Made by a program: the position numbers and the translations under genes. DNA of 64,000 bases, taken from Eledone cirrhosa (taxonomy: Eukaryota). Of the stretch, positions 15,439 to 28,526 are shown piece after piece (the first letter of the stretch is position 1; every line of letters begins with the position of its first letter). The DNA lies in the NCBI GenBank assembly GCA_964016885.1, contig OZ024742.1:336784001-336848000 (forward strand), read 5' to 3'. Below the pieces are notes generated by a model. The model did not search any database. It saw nothing but the letters and a program-made list of their open reading frames with translations, and was not told where the DNA came from.

Positions 15439-16244
15439 ATTTGACTGCCAGTCAATTTCATTCCTGATATCAGAAAAATAAATAAATAAAAGCGTTGAAG
15501 TACAACATAAAAATATTACTGAGGAAGGCAACGACAGCAACAGTGACAATAACAACGACTCCGCATCTTGGGCGAAAGAAGGCATTCGATCCCCAGCAAC
15601 CAGCCTGGCAGCCGAAATAAGTATCGGTATCAACTACCACTACCATTAACAAGAGGACGGATATGACAGCGGCAGTGACAATAACAACAACAACATATAC
15701 ACCAGCATCTTACCAGCAATCACTACCACCACCATTAACAAGAGGAAGCCAACTCCAGCATCAGTGACAATAACAACCTTTGGGCCATTCCGCTGAGAAC
15801 AACCCCCTGTTTTCTTTTTGTACATTCATCCATTCATTCATTTATTTATTTGCTAACTTTCTACTTTCGTGTGTGTCCCCCTCCATGCAACCCCCCCCCC
15901 CCTCTCTTTTAGCTTTTCTCCTGTCGCCTCCATATCTGATGTAGCGAGCTATGAGGCCTCACTCATACCAACACTTTCCCTTCCACCCAGCATCTCCCTT
16001 ACCATCCTCCGGGGAAACGCCTTCTGGTATGATGAAGGTTATGAGTTATTGCTCCTAAAAAATCCATCTTATTTTCAGGACTATAGCGCTCAATAATTAT
16101 CTGCAGCCGGTTGTTTATATCTTTATACTTTATATTTGGTCTCGCAGATCTCACCTCTATCAAATTAATATATGTTATTCATGTCATCCACAAGTTTTTT
16201 TCCTTCCACAGATATTGTTAAAAACGTGGGGCATGGAGTATATA

Positions 16245-16923
16245 TGTAACGGAATACTCCTATGTTTTACCGGCGAAGATTTGAAACCGAATTTGAGGTT
16301 TCTCGCCTCTAGAACCAACTATTGTTGGGGAGTTCCCACTATTGTCCATTCAAGAAACAATATGATAAACATACATACCACTTGACCTGTGACCCCAGCT
16401 TGTAGACAGAGGAAACACAGATGGCTACCCATAAATCAACTTCATATACACATCCTTCTAGCTATAGCATTATTATAAATACAAGGACTTGGGAAATCTA
16501 AGAGCAGAGACCGAAGCAAGCAGTCCGTGTTAAGGTAAACGATGTAGCAGACCTTTCACTCTATCTCTCTCTCCTGGCCTCACTGGCTTTCGCCTTCTCA
16601 GACACAGACTACGCCACCAGACAAGAGAGGCCGAAGCAGCAGTTCTTGAAGGGAATTACGAATACTATGGATACACACACACTCAGGTTCGATTATACTG
16701 TTTACTTCTGTGTTTTATCTATTCTTGCGTCTTCCTGTTGAATCACTTATATTGTATCATCGTATTGATACATGCACGCTAGCTCGAAGTAGCTAGCCAA
16801 CAATTAATGTAGCGATAAATTCTGTCACATATTGTTATTGTAAAATAAACATTGTCAACATCGCAATCCTGGCATTATTCTTCTTGTCAAACATCCATCA
16901 AAGAATAACATTTATCCCCTACA
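16245..16923 (+). mobile_element. Solo LTR (Gypsy-like), 679 bp
   Basis: TGTAAC...CTACA termini, TATA on both sides (4-bp TSD), internal TATAAA and AATAAA; homologous to 25290-25969. Confidence 0.8.
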
Positions 16924-17087
16924 TATATATATTTACTTTTTAAGTAACGAATGGGCAGGAATGGATCACGGGTAAACCTGTAAACTCTTTAAATATAACA
17001 CCTGAATAGGTGAATGAAATGATACTTTCAGTTGACTAAATTACTTTGTAAATCATCATAAACAACAACAACAATAATGATAATAAT

Positions 17088-17183
17088 AGTTTCTGATTTA
17101 GGCATAAGGCCAGCAATTTTGGGGAGTTGAAAGTCGATTAAATCGGCCTCAGTACATTACTGGTACTTTATTTTATTGACCCC

Positions 17184-17215
<32 letters not shown>

Positions 17216-17253
17216 AAGAAGAAGAAGAAGAAGAAGAAGAAGAAGAAGAAGAA
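17088..17253 (-). mobile_element. SINE family 1 tail followed by (AGA)n
   Basis: AGGCCAGC..CAGTACATTACTGGTACTTTATTTTAT..CCCCGTAAG as at 6035-6159. Confidence 0.65.
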
Positions 17254-17589
17254 AGTTGTTTCTAGGTTTGTCTTGTGTTGAACACGATAAATCTTTATGG
17301 TTTACTAAGATTAAATGTGACTGAATTAATAAAATTATAAGGAAAACAATTATTTTTAAAAGACAAACAACTCGGCAGAAATTATCTATAGATATATTGT
17401 TTATTTACAACGAATGATTATATACAATGTATAATTTTCTTGATCTTAGTATAATCCCTTTACGTAAGCATATAGGAATATATTTATACGTTCATAATTT
17501 ACAAAAATAAAACTTTTGGAATTATGTCCGGGTTAAATTTGCTGCGATACGAAAATGTGACGTGTCGGCATATTTTCTACATTTAAATT

Positions 17590-19030
17590 GTGGGAACTCA
17601 AGAGAAGGAGTGGACGATGGGGGTGGATATGTGTATCTCACTAACGAAAAATGACAGGGTGGCTAATAGAATTCTCAACAACGGACAAGAATGGATGTTC
17701 GTGAGAGGGACTGAGCTGTTAACTGATTACCATCTAGTTATCTGCAACTACATAAAGCCAAAGAAGCCCACAAAACAGGCAGGTCCAGGTCAGGGATCTC
17801 CTTGTTAAGCCTCCCTGGTAAAGTCTATGCTAAGTGTCTGACAAAGAGATTTAGGGATATTGTCGAGTCCAAGCTAGCCGATAAACAGTGTGGTTTCAAC
17901 CCCGAACGTAGCACAGCCGACCAAATGTTCACACTACGGCAGGGCTTTGAAAAATCGTGGGAGTACTGCCAAGAGGTTTATACTTGCTTTGTTGACCTCG
18001 AAAAAGCATTGTATCGCGTCCCATGGGACCTGCTGTGGAAGGTTCTGCAGGAGTATGGAATCGATGGACAGGTTCATGTTGCCTTGATGTCTATATACGA
18101 ATACCCGAGTATTTGTGTTTGGATAAATGGTGCTAAATCGAAACCATTCAATGTTGGGAGTCGGACTCCGCCAAGGATTGTGATGCGCATCCAGGTTGGA
18201 ATTGGTATCACAACTGGCAGGTGTAGGATTAGTTAGCTGGAATTTGTAGAAGAAATTGTATAACTTAACTTGTTAGAAGATGATCTCCGACATGCACTTG
18301 AGAGGTTTGATGCCAAATGCTGCATGGCAGGAATTAAAATCAGTGCTGCGAAGACTGACATACTCGTCCTTTCAAAGAAGCCTGTGCAGTTCACTCTACG
18401 TGAATGGAGTTTCACTAAAGCAGGTAGAGAATTTCAAGTGTTTCACAACCGTGTTCACCAGTGGTGGAAGGCAGAATGCTGAATTAAGTACAAGAATCGG
18501 GGAGCCGGTGCAACAATGCGCCAGCTTCAGCATCCAGTAATCAGAAAGGAGATAAGTGTAAAAGCCAAATTCGCTATCTTCAATTCAGTATTCGTGTCAA
18601 CCCTTACCTATTGCCATACATCTTCATTCTAGGTAATAACCGAAAGAATACTATCATGAACACAAGTGGCCGAAATGGTGTTCCTTGGAAGGGTTTTTGG
18701 AACCATGTTATTTGATTGAGTGCGTAGCTCGGAGATCAGAGTCAGTTCAGGTAGAGCCGGCACTTCTTCGAATTGAGAGATCACAGCTCCGATACTATGG
18801 GCATGTGGTTAGAATATCTGAGGAAAGAATCGTTAGACAGATTTTACGGGCAAAACCAACCGGTAGGAGACCCTGGGGTAGACCCCGAGCAAAATGTTTG
18901 GATAACATCCATGAGCTTGGCGGGTCTCGCTTGGGGATCCAGGTGGATCAACTGGAGACGGTTGATTCTGACAGGACCCACTGGAAGAAGTGTTTGAGGA
19001 TTCTGCCCCCAAGACCCACTCAGGAATAAG
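17590..19030 (+). mobile_element. Decayed RTE-group LINE fragment
   Basis: LLSLPGKVYAK, QCGF..RST.DQMFTLRQ, CFVDLEKA, RYYGHVVR..RRPWGRPR; followed by (GAAA)n at 19050-19160. Confidence 0.85.
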
Positions 19031-19047
19031 TGGGCGAAGACGAAAAT

Positions 19048-19156
<109 letters not shown>

Positions 19157-19439
19157 AGAAGGAAATTAGGGGTTGTTTTCATGGGTCACTATACAGTCAT
19201 GTATTGTTTATTTGTCTTTGAGATGTGTATATTTTGGTTGTGGTGCTGTTGGTGTATGTATGCGCACGCGTATGTGTGTATACAGAGACACAGTCACACA
19301 CCCATAGGTACACACATACACAGGCACACAGACACACGCAAACACACGCAAACACACACACACACTCAAACACACATGCACACACTCAAACACACATGCA
19401 CACGCATACATATACACAAATGTTCGCTAGATATTTTAA

Positions 19440-20096
19440 TCTAACGGTTAGGAGGTTTCGGTCTGTGGAAACGCTCGTCTCTGTCTCTTCCTTGTTTTCT
19501 TTCCTCCATCCACGCTTGCCCACCGCTAGTAGGTAACATCCTCTCCTTTCCAACATGGACTAGTTCCAAAAGGGAAATGAATGAAGCTCTACTACAGTGG
19601 AGAGAGCTAGGTTTGTCAGTTCCCAATACTGATGAGGATAGATGGAAGCAGAGAGTATGGGGCAATCTGCATTCAAGTGAAACCTTTAACACTCTCTTTG
19701 ATCAATCTGATCAATTTTCAAGGTACTGCCTACTTTCTACAAGCGCAAAATTCTCGAGGGACTAGATTGATGTCCAGCTTGTGGCCAACATTGGTGGTCT
19801 TCTCTGACTGGACGAGCTCAGCATCTCCATTACACTCAGAGTGGGAGCCGACGTGTCGCTGGGATAGCTCCCTAGACTCCATGGTTTGTCTTGCCACCTG
19901 AATTCTGGTCGCTTCGCCCGCCATACCGAGTTAAACCTGATTAATAAATAAGCTCTAGCTCGGGTAAATATCGCCTCAGTTCTGGAACCTGCTGGATTAT
20001 CCAGAATTGATGGGAAGAGACCAGATGACCTTACCCTTTGTTTCTGGGTATAAGGTGGGTGTCACATATGGGACGCCATAGTCAGTGACTCATTGC

Positions 20097-20127
<31 letters not shown>

Positions 20128-20460
20128 ATCCTGTATGTTACGATAAATGTGAGGACCACTGCTTCTGTAGTCGGAATAAAACCATAAAATACCGGTAGCT
20201 ATCAACTAATTATTTTTCCAGCCTGTGGAGTTCGAAACGTTTGGTGGAGCTGAGCCGTTGACAGCGAAGTTCCTGTAATCGTTAGCGGCTCGCCGTACCA
20301 AGGTGACAGGTGAAGCCCGCGAGGGTGCTTGGTTGTTTCAGCGCCTTAGGCTCGCCTTCACTCGCGGTAATGTTGCAAACGGGTTGGCTCGCTTCGAAAA
20401 TTCCCGATATGGTTTTTTTTGTTTTGTTTTCTCTCGCGCTTTCATTTTATATTTGTATGA
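19440..20460 (+). mobile_element. Decayed CRE-like (restriction-like endonuclease) non-LTR retrotransposon 3' fragment
   Basis: Manual translation across stops: LEPAGLSRIDGKRPD..WD..; FQPVEFETFG..KVTGEAREGAWLFQRL..RGN. A smaller related piece lies at ~37440-37545. Confidence 0.7.
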
Positions 20461-20904
20461 ATTATATTTATAAGGTTCCTTAATCTAATTGAATCTATGC
20501 CCGTTTAAAGATGAACACTGAAACATGGACGGGTTACTATTTGAGTAAAATTAAATATATTTCAATTAAAAATGAGAAATCATCAGTAACTATTATAAAA
20601 ACAACTAAAGTCAAAATAACAATTCACAGGGGATTTTAATCAATAAAATATTTACTTAGTTTTCAAGACATTTGAATATGATCTTAATCATAATAATTAT
20701 TTCTGAGGCGCTGGGAATGTATTAATGTATCTATAATATATTGTTTCTATTCTTGGCACTAGGCCAGCAATTTGAAGATTAGAGTAAGTCTTAATTAGTA
20801 CTTTATTTTATCGATGCCGTAAAGTTAACTTCGGCGGGATTTGAACTCAGAATTCAAGAACAAATTTGGACTGCATTACAGTTACTTATAATATATATAA
20901 TGCA

Positions 20905-21824
20905 ATATTATGAACACATTTATAGGCGGTCCGTGACCAAATTAGACCATTATAGCACATGGCTTGACCCAGGATTGACAAATTTCAGAACATTCAATAA
21001 AATGTTGGATTAGAATAAGCGAAATGTAAGCCTTAATATTCTCTTCAGTACATGGGTTAGCATTGTTGTTATTCCGAACCGGAATCATGAACGCATGTCA
21101 GGGAACTCTGTGACCAAATTGTACCATTAGCACATGGCCTAACCCAGGATTCCCCATGTTCAGAACATTGTATAAATTTCTTTGGATCACTATGAGCGAA
21201 ATAAAATTTTCCAGCCTTAATATTATCTTCAGTACATGGATTAGCATTCTGACTAGGTTTCTTAACATTAACACGTGTCTTGTTGCTCTGTCACAAAATG
21301 TTGCCATTGGCATATAGCTTGAGCACCATTTTACCATTATCACATTTTATGAAATATTTTGGATCACAAGAAGCGAAATAAATGTGTCCAGCCTTAATAT
21401 TCTTTTCGGTACATGTGTTAGCAAACGTACTGTTGTTATTCGCCCAACTGGAATCGTGAACACGTGTCAGGACACTCTGTGACCAAATTGTATGATTACC
21501 ACATGGTATGACCCGGGATTGACCATGTTCAGAACATTGTATGAAGTGTTTTGGATGACAATAAGCGAAATAAAATTTCCCAGCCTTAGTATTCTCTTCA
21601 CAACATGCGTCAGCAGCAATCGCATTGTTTCCACTCACTGAACCGGAATCATGAACACAAGTCAGGGCACTATGTGACCAAATTGTACCATTAGTACATG
21701 GCCTGACCCAGGATTCACCTTGTTCAGAACATTGTATAAATTTTGGGGGGGGTTTGAGTGAAATAAAATAGTTTAGCTTCGGCGTTCTTTTTGGTGCAGG
21801 ATTCCTTGATAATTTGCTGAACGT
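20905..21824 (-). pseudogene. Disrupted exon with five tandem chitin-binding type 2 (peritrophin-A/CBM14)-like Cys repeats
   Basis: Repeats of C..ENxKAGxFYFA..DPxxFIQC...G...VxPCxNGTIWSQxxLTCVHD; TTTCAG acceptor at 21830-21825; frameshift at the G8 run (21745-21752), TGA at 21291-21293, further frameshifts downstream. Confidence 0.7.
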
Positions 21825-21929
21825 CTGAAATAAGAAATTATAGAATACGTTAGATTTACTGTTGATATATATTTTAGAATGATACCATATTACTTTTAAA
21901 CTTCATGGAAAAACCATTTCTCTTACAAT

Positions 21930-23168
21930 AAATTAGTGCTATGTTACATAACATTAGTGTTATGTTACATAACATTAGTGATGTGTTACATAACATTAGT
22001 GTTATGTGATATAATATTACTGCTATGTTACATAACATTAGTGTTATGTTACTTAGCATTGGTGTTATGTTATATAACTTTAGTACTATGTTGCATAACA
22101 TTAGTGTTAATGTTATATAGCGTTAGTGCTATGTTACATAACATTAGTGTTATGTTGCCTAGCATTAGTGCTATGTTACATAACATTAGTGTTATGCTAC
22201 TTAGCATTGGTGTTATGTTATATAACTTTAGTACTATGTTGCATAACATTAGTGTTAATGTTATATAACGTTAGTGCTATGTTACATAACATTAGTGTTA
22301 TGTTGCCTAGCATTAGTGCTATGTTACATAACATTAGTGTTATGCTACTTAGCATTGGTGTTATGTTATATAACTTTAGTACTATGTTGCATAACATTAG
22401 TGTTAATGTTATATAACGTTAGTGCTATGTTACATAACATTAGTGTTATGTTGCCTAGCATTAGTGCTATGTTACATAACATTAGTGTTATGTTACTTAG
22501 CATTGGTGTTATGTTATATAACTTTAGTACTATGTTGCATAACATTAGTGTTAATGTTATATAACGTTAGTGCTATGTTACATAACATTAGTGTTTTGTT
22601 GCCTAGCATTAGTGCTATGTTACATAACATTAGTGTTATGTTACTTAGCATTGGTGTTATGTTATATAACTTTAGTACTATGTTGCATAACATTAGTGTT
22701 AATGTTATATAACGTTAGTGCTATGTTACATAACATTAGTGTTATGTTACCTAGCATTAGTGATGTTACATAACATTAGTGTTATGTTACACTGAATTAG
22801 TGCTGTGTTACATAACATTATTGTTATGTTACATAACAGTGTTATGTTACATAACATTAGTGTTATGTTACATAACATTAGTGTTATGTTACATATCATT
22901 AGTATTATGTTGCTTAACATTAGTGTTATGTTAAACTAAATTAGTGCTATGCTGCATGACATTAGTGTTATATAACATTAGTGTTATGTTGCTTAACATT
23001 AGTGCGGTGTTACATTAAATTAGTGCTATGTTACATAACATTAGTGTTATGTCACATAACATTAGTGTTATGTTACATAACATTAGTGTTATGTTACATA
23101 ACATTAGTGTTATGTTACATAACATTAGTGTTATGTTACACTAAATTAGTGCTATGTTACATAACATA
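21930..23168. repeat. 21-bp palindromic minisatellite with a 148-bp higher-order repeat
   Basis: Unit TTAGTGTTATGTTACATAACA; near-identical blocks recur at 22126, 22274, 22422 and 22570. Confidence 0.95.
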
Positions 23169-23934
23169 AGTGAATTTATTTTAAAACCCCCAAAAAACGA
23201 AGTGGTATTTAAAAAAAAAAGAAAACAACGCGCAACCTTTTTTCTACGATATAAAACTTCACTTTTTCAAATTATTCACCACAAACTTCCATTCTACGGA
23301 ATATTTACAGTAACTTCGCTTTGATTTTTCGATTCATTACCAAACACTTCACCACTTGCTTCGTAATCTCAACAACAACAGACAATACTACTAACTTCCT
23401 AGCAAGAAAACGATCACATAAAGAAGAGAAAACTGAACTTTTTGTAAAGAACAATTATATAAATATATATATATTTTTTTTTTACAGGTTATATATGGAC
23501 GTTCATTTATTTTTTTATTTGTTTCACTATATTATATGCCTGTATCAACACGTTTTGCTTCAAACACACATCATTTTCTTTGTCACACTCCAACATGTAT
23601 TTGTCTATGGTATATTCTGGATCCGGTTGGGTCTCAGTGAGATCACTTTTCAACTGGTCGATGTTCGGCAACAGCTATTAAACACATGAGAAACAACCCA
23701 CCAGTACTACTCGCTCGACTCACTGAGCACGCAACTCAAAATTGCACTTACTCACGTCATAGCATAAACCTCGACTCACTGGAAAATAATCTTACGTATG
23801 ATGATACATCGAGAGAAATAGTCCTCTGTGTTGTCATATCGTAATCCGATACCGTAATCCCAACGTCCATCCATCCATACACAACAATTCGAAATACATG
23901 ATCACAACTTTGTATATTTACAGTTTCTTCTAAA

Positions 23935-24698
23935 TGTTACACACACACATGCATACACAGTTATACGCTATATATATTTTTTTCTCTCTCTCCAAATTTT
24001 TATGCACTCGAAATGCGGGCGCAGTACCCACATTTTGTGTGTTTAGGGACATGCTTCTAAAATCAGATTTCGCTACCCCTTTTATAATCCATTGCTGCTC
24101 CTGCATCGATCTGGGTAGGGAACTAATGTAGCGAGATCCGTCCACGCCTTGAACCTTGGGTGACACCTAATGGTCAAACTCTAGGTCACCCCCCTTTTGG
24201 TGTGAACAGGTTCATGCGTGGGCTATCCCCTCAAGGTGGGAGACAGAAAGCGACAGGTATATAAAGCCTGTATTTTCCCACCTTAGATACAGAGAGATCG
24301 GAGCACCACGATACAGACCAGCTATGTGAAAGATTCACCGCTACCTTCAGGCCCCAGAGGTCTACAGACATACAGAGCGATCGGAGCAGTACGCTATTAC
24401 AAGCTATGTGAAAGATTCACCATTGGGCTACAGTCAACTGCAGACCATTCAGAGGTATACAGACCATTACTCTCTCACTCACTATGGTCACAGACTACAA
24501 CAGCCTCATGAACCAACAACAAAAATAACATTGTCAACCTTTACAACTCGTGGTAATATGTTTATTGTTCTTTTTGACTCAAGTGAAGTAAACCTTTATA
24601 TATAAAGTAAATCAGCCATTCTTGTTATTTCAACTAATAACCATGTTTTAATCATTTCTAATAACCACATATAACCATCTAATTACTTATTAATAACA
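23935..24698 (+). mobile_element. Possible solo LTR
   Basis: TGTTA...TAACA termini, TATATAAAG at ~24259, imperfect 4-bp flanks (TAAA/TACA). Confidence 0.4.
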
Positions 24699-24789
24699 TA
24701 CACACAGCGTCATAATGTCGTAATGCAGAAAGCCAGACATACAGACAGATATTATAAGGGCGCAACGTTATATCTATGTATCTATCTAA

Positions 24790-24992
24790 AAAGAAAGACT
24801 AAGAATTATAGAGAGAGATCGCGAAATCGCCTAATGCGGTCCCTAGGGTATTGAAAATTTGAAATATTTTTTGCTCAAAACACTCCCACGGCCATAAGTA
24901 TTACATGTGTAAAGTTTGAAAACAATCGGTTGGGTGGTTCTCGAGTTTTAGGGAGCTGACAGACATACATTCTCTGTTTTAGATATATAGAT
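24790..24992 (+). mobile_element. Short Helentron/HINE-like (DINE-1-like) non-autonomous element end
   Basis: AAAGTTTGAAAACAATCGG..GACAGACATAC..TTTTAGATATATAGAT, similar to the end at 35080-35190. Confidence 0.45.
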
Positions 24993-25289
24993 AAATGATG
25001 TATGTCATTTAATAACACCTGTTTTTATCAAGCAAACACAGACTCTATACCGACATGTGCGACAACTATGTTTTGGTGGTGAGTGGGGTGTCATGTTAAT
25101 CAATGACTCTAATTGTCTTATTGTCTCTTTCTAAATCCAATCTCTTATGCTATACACATTGTATTATATAAAGAAAATCTCAGCTATTTGTTGAATTATT
25201 TTCAGTGTAAATAAACCAATATCTATAGCATAGTAAGATATAATTTTTGAAGGTTGAAATCAAAATAATTAAAAAATATATATGTAACC

Positions 25290-26089
25290 TGTAACGGAAT
25301 TCTCCTATGTTTTACCTGGCGAAGATTCGAAATCGAATCCAAAATGTCTCGCCTCTAAAACCACCTATTGTTAGGAATTCTCACCATTGTCCTGTCAAAA
25401 GACAACTATGATAAACGTATATACCACTTGACCTGTGACCCCCAGACACTTGACAAACGAAACACACATGGCTACCATTAAATCAAAAACCATATACACA
25501 TCCTTCTAGCTATAGTATTATTATAACTACAATCGCTTCGAGAACTGAACCAGAGATAGTGACAACACAGACGAGAGAAGGCGTTCTGCTAACGCTATGA
25601 ATTTCTCTTCAAGAATACAGTCTTCTACCTACTATTCTTTCACATTTCATACTAGCTCGACAGATTGACCGCTACTACAGAAACCACGTATGCTAAGGAT
25701 TAACACAGACACACACACAGTCATTCCTGTCATTTCTCTACTACTGTAAAGTATAACACAACTTCTACTATATCGTTTCCTTTGATACATGCATTCACGC
25801 TAGCTCGAAGTAGCTAGTAAGACAATTAATGTAGTGATAATGGCTGTCACGATTTTATTACTCAATATTCGATGTACCAACAAGTGAATTTTATTATTAT
25901 AAAATAAACATTGTCAACAGCACAATTCTTGCATCATTCATCCTGCAAAGAATACATCTATTCGCTACATAATGGTGACTCCCATCACTACAAACCCTTG
26001 AAGCCTTTGTGACATACAGCGTGCCTTGGACATTTTAAACTCAATGGAACTTGCCCTTCCTCCAGGTCTGAACACAGCCGATTTCTTCC

Positions 26090-26090
<1 letters not shown>
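25290..26090 (+). mobile_element. Gypsy-like 5' LTR with primer-binding site and truncated leader
   Basis: LTR 25290-25969 is homologous to 16245-16923; TGGTGACTCCC lies 3 nt downstream (tRNA-Trp-like PBS, inferred); truncated at (GA)n 26093-26178. Confidence 0.7.
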
Positions 26091-26183
<93 letters not shown>

Positions 26184-26963
26184 TAGGGAGGAAATGAGAA
26201 AATGATACAGTGGAATGGATCCCGGAACTGTACTGATACTTTTTATTGACCTCGAAGGGATGAAAACAAAGAGTTGACCTCGGTTGGATTTGAATTCATT
26301 CGCAGCATATATATATATATATGTGTGTGTGTGTTTAATGGTAGCTATGGTGGCTTCCATAGGCGATATGCCAGTTGAGCACTCTATGTTCTTACAGAGC
26401 AGAGTGTGATATAATATATAAACGAAAAACCAGTGATGCATCTAGACTCAGTTTATTGCGTGTACAATTGTGCGTGTTTGTGTATATGTGCAGATGTACG
26501 TGAACGCTATGTGTCCTTGTATGCGTGTACGTGTGTGTGCGCGTATGTGAGACCGGGTGTATGGGGGTATATAGGCAGGCGCCAGTGGACGTGTGTGTTG
26601 GTGTGTATATGGTTGTGGGTGTTTGTAAGAGAGGGATGTGTGTGTGTATATGTATATGGGTGTGTATGTCTGCACATGTGTGCGTACATATGTGTATGCA
26701 TATATATGTATGTCTTTGCGTGTGTGTGTATGTGTGGGTATATATTTGTGAGTGTAAGCTGACTTGTGAGATATCAAACCCAGCATGAGTCCATTGAAGT
26801 GTGTCGGACGGAGAGTAGCTGATGACCACTGTGGCAGCAAATATTGACCAGAATTTATGATGACGTAGAAAAACAACAGCCAATGGCAAGACAAGAGTGG
26901 GAGATGTTTTTTGAAGGTGTTTTTTGAAGCTAACACCCCAGTGGGAAAATTTGCTCCAAAAGC

Positions 26964-27063
26964 ATTGCATGTGTCCGAAGAACCCGCAGTTATAGAATCA
27001 GGCAGATCCATACAATGATCATGTCTCGAGCTATCTGCCGGCGAAACAATTGTAACACGCAAT
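26964..27063 (+). ncRNA. Hammerhead ribozyme with CCGAAGA core and 61-nt stem II (family H)
   Basis: ATTGC(AT)GTGT-CCGAAGA-ACCCGCAG TT ATAG..CTAT CTGCCGGC-GAA-ACAATTGT-A-ACAC GCAAT, overlapping AATAAA. Inverted partial copies of the 3' flank at 26415-26470 and 27133-27178. Confidence 0.7.
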
Positions 27064-27099
27064 AAACTGAGTCTAGATGCATCAGTGATTTTTCGTTTT

Positions 27100-27138
<39 letters not shown>

Positions 27139-27196
27139 CGAAAAATCACTGATGCATCTAGACTCAGTTTATTGCGTGTATTTATATATATATATA

Positions 27197-27240
<44 letters not shown>

Positions 27241-27387
27241 ATGAGTTGACAGACCCAGCATATTTATCAATGCCAAGACCGGTTGTATCTCAGCGTACTC
27301 AATAGGCAATGTAAGATACATTCCCAGAGTATAGAAATAGTTATTCGCTTCAATACAACACACGTAAAACGGGTGCCTATAATAGTT

Positions 27388-27498
27388 CCCAGACTCGAGT
27401 TTCGGCCACACTTAATGCAGCAGTAGGGTGCACTGCACCCTCTGTCTGCATATATTATGCAACAATGCATAATCGGTGTATGTGGCTTCATCAGCGGG
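27388..27498 (-). ncRNA. Hammerhead ribozyme with 84-nt stem II (family I, copy 1)
   Basis: Minus: CCCG-CTGATGA-AGCCACAT...GTGTGGCC-GAA-ACTCGAGT-C-TGGG; GUC triplet. Confidence 0.8.
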
Positions 27499-28226
27499 TT
27501 CGCCTAATCAATAACCAATCGATCGACAGAATCCAAACCTCAGCCCATGTCAGCTATGACTGTTTGTGACAACCGACACGGTAAAGAGATTAACAACTGG
27601 AATCCGATACAATTCTGTCCCTCGACCAGCCACCGATTTACAAACTTTACGTGGTGGCGGGAGAATAGAAAACAAATCTTTTCGTTCCCGTCAAAAGCTC
27701 TAACGTGTCTGACACACAAATTAATAAGAAGTGAAAAGATGGTTATTAGAAATAGCAGTCCCACATCGATGTATAATAGAATGGTAGCATTCGCCTCATG
27801 TCACCAAGTCCCATGGCTAGAGGAAAGCGAAAGTAACAATGGTAGTGCCAAGAAACTTTAACGGACATTAAATGCCAGTATCTATTATACAGCGATATAT
27901 AGTAGCTAGCTGGATTGCAGCAGCCGCGTGCGTAAACCAGTCTATTTCACAACTTAAAAGAGTGAGAGATAAAATTAATAGTAGAAATTAGAGCGCATAT
28001 CAAAACAAAACACACAAAAAAAGTGAAAAATTGTTTAACTTACTCTCATTAGTCCGCTAGTTGGGAGATAATAATAATAATGAGTTGACGGACCCAGCAT
28101 ATTTATCAATGCCAGGACCGGTTGTATCTCAGCGTACTCAATAGGTAATGTAGGATACATTCCCAGAGTATAGACATAGTTATTCGCTTCAATACAACAC
28201 ACGTAAAACGGGTGCCTATAATAGTT

Positions 28227-28337
28227 CCCGGATTCGAGTTTCAGCCACAATTAATGAAGCAGTAGGGTACATTGCACCCTCTGTCTGCATATATTATGCA
28301 ACAATGCATAATCGGCGTATGTGGCCTCATCAGCGGG
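28227..28337 (-). ncRNA. Hammerhead ribozyme (family I, copy 2)
   Basis: Minus: CCCG-CTGATGA-GGCCACA...TGTGGCT-GAA-ACTCGAAT-C-CGGG. Confidence 0.7.
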
Positions 28338-28462
28338 TATCGCCTAATCAATAACCAATCGATCAACAGAATCCAAACCCCAGCCCATGCCGGCTATGAC
28401 TATGCGTGACGGCCGACACAGTAAAGTGATTTGCAATAGAATCCGATACAATTCTGTTCCTC

Positions 28463-28526
<64 letters not shown>

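Larger units (their letters stand above)
27238..28465 (-). mobile_element. ~839-bp unit with ~380-bp terminal direct repeats, each carrying a hammerhead (retrozyme/pLTR-like)
   Basis: 27238-27625 is repeated at 28078-28465; no coding similarity seen; bounded by (TA)n. Confidence 0.7.

Noticed and set aside
23256-23440. Upstream signal-peptide exon of the chitin-binding-like gene
   Set aside because: An acceptor-like tract and a hydrophobic stretch exist on -, but no convincing donor or frame continuity.
26815-26850. CTGATGA-CCAC T GTGG as a hammerhead
   Set aside because: No GAAA after the stem and no stem I/III partners.
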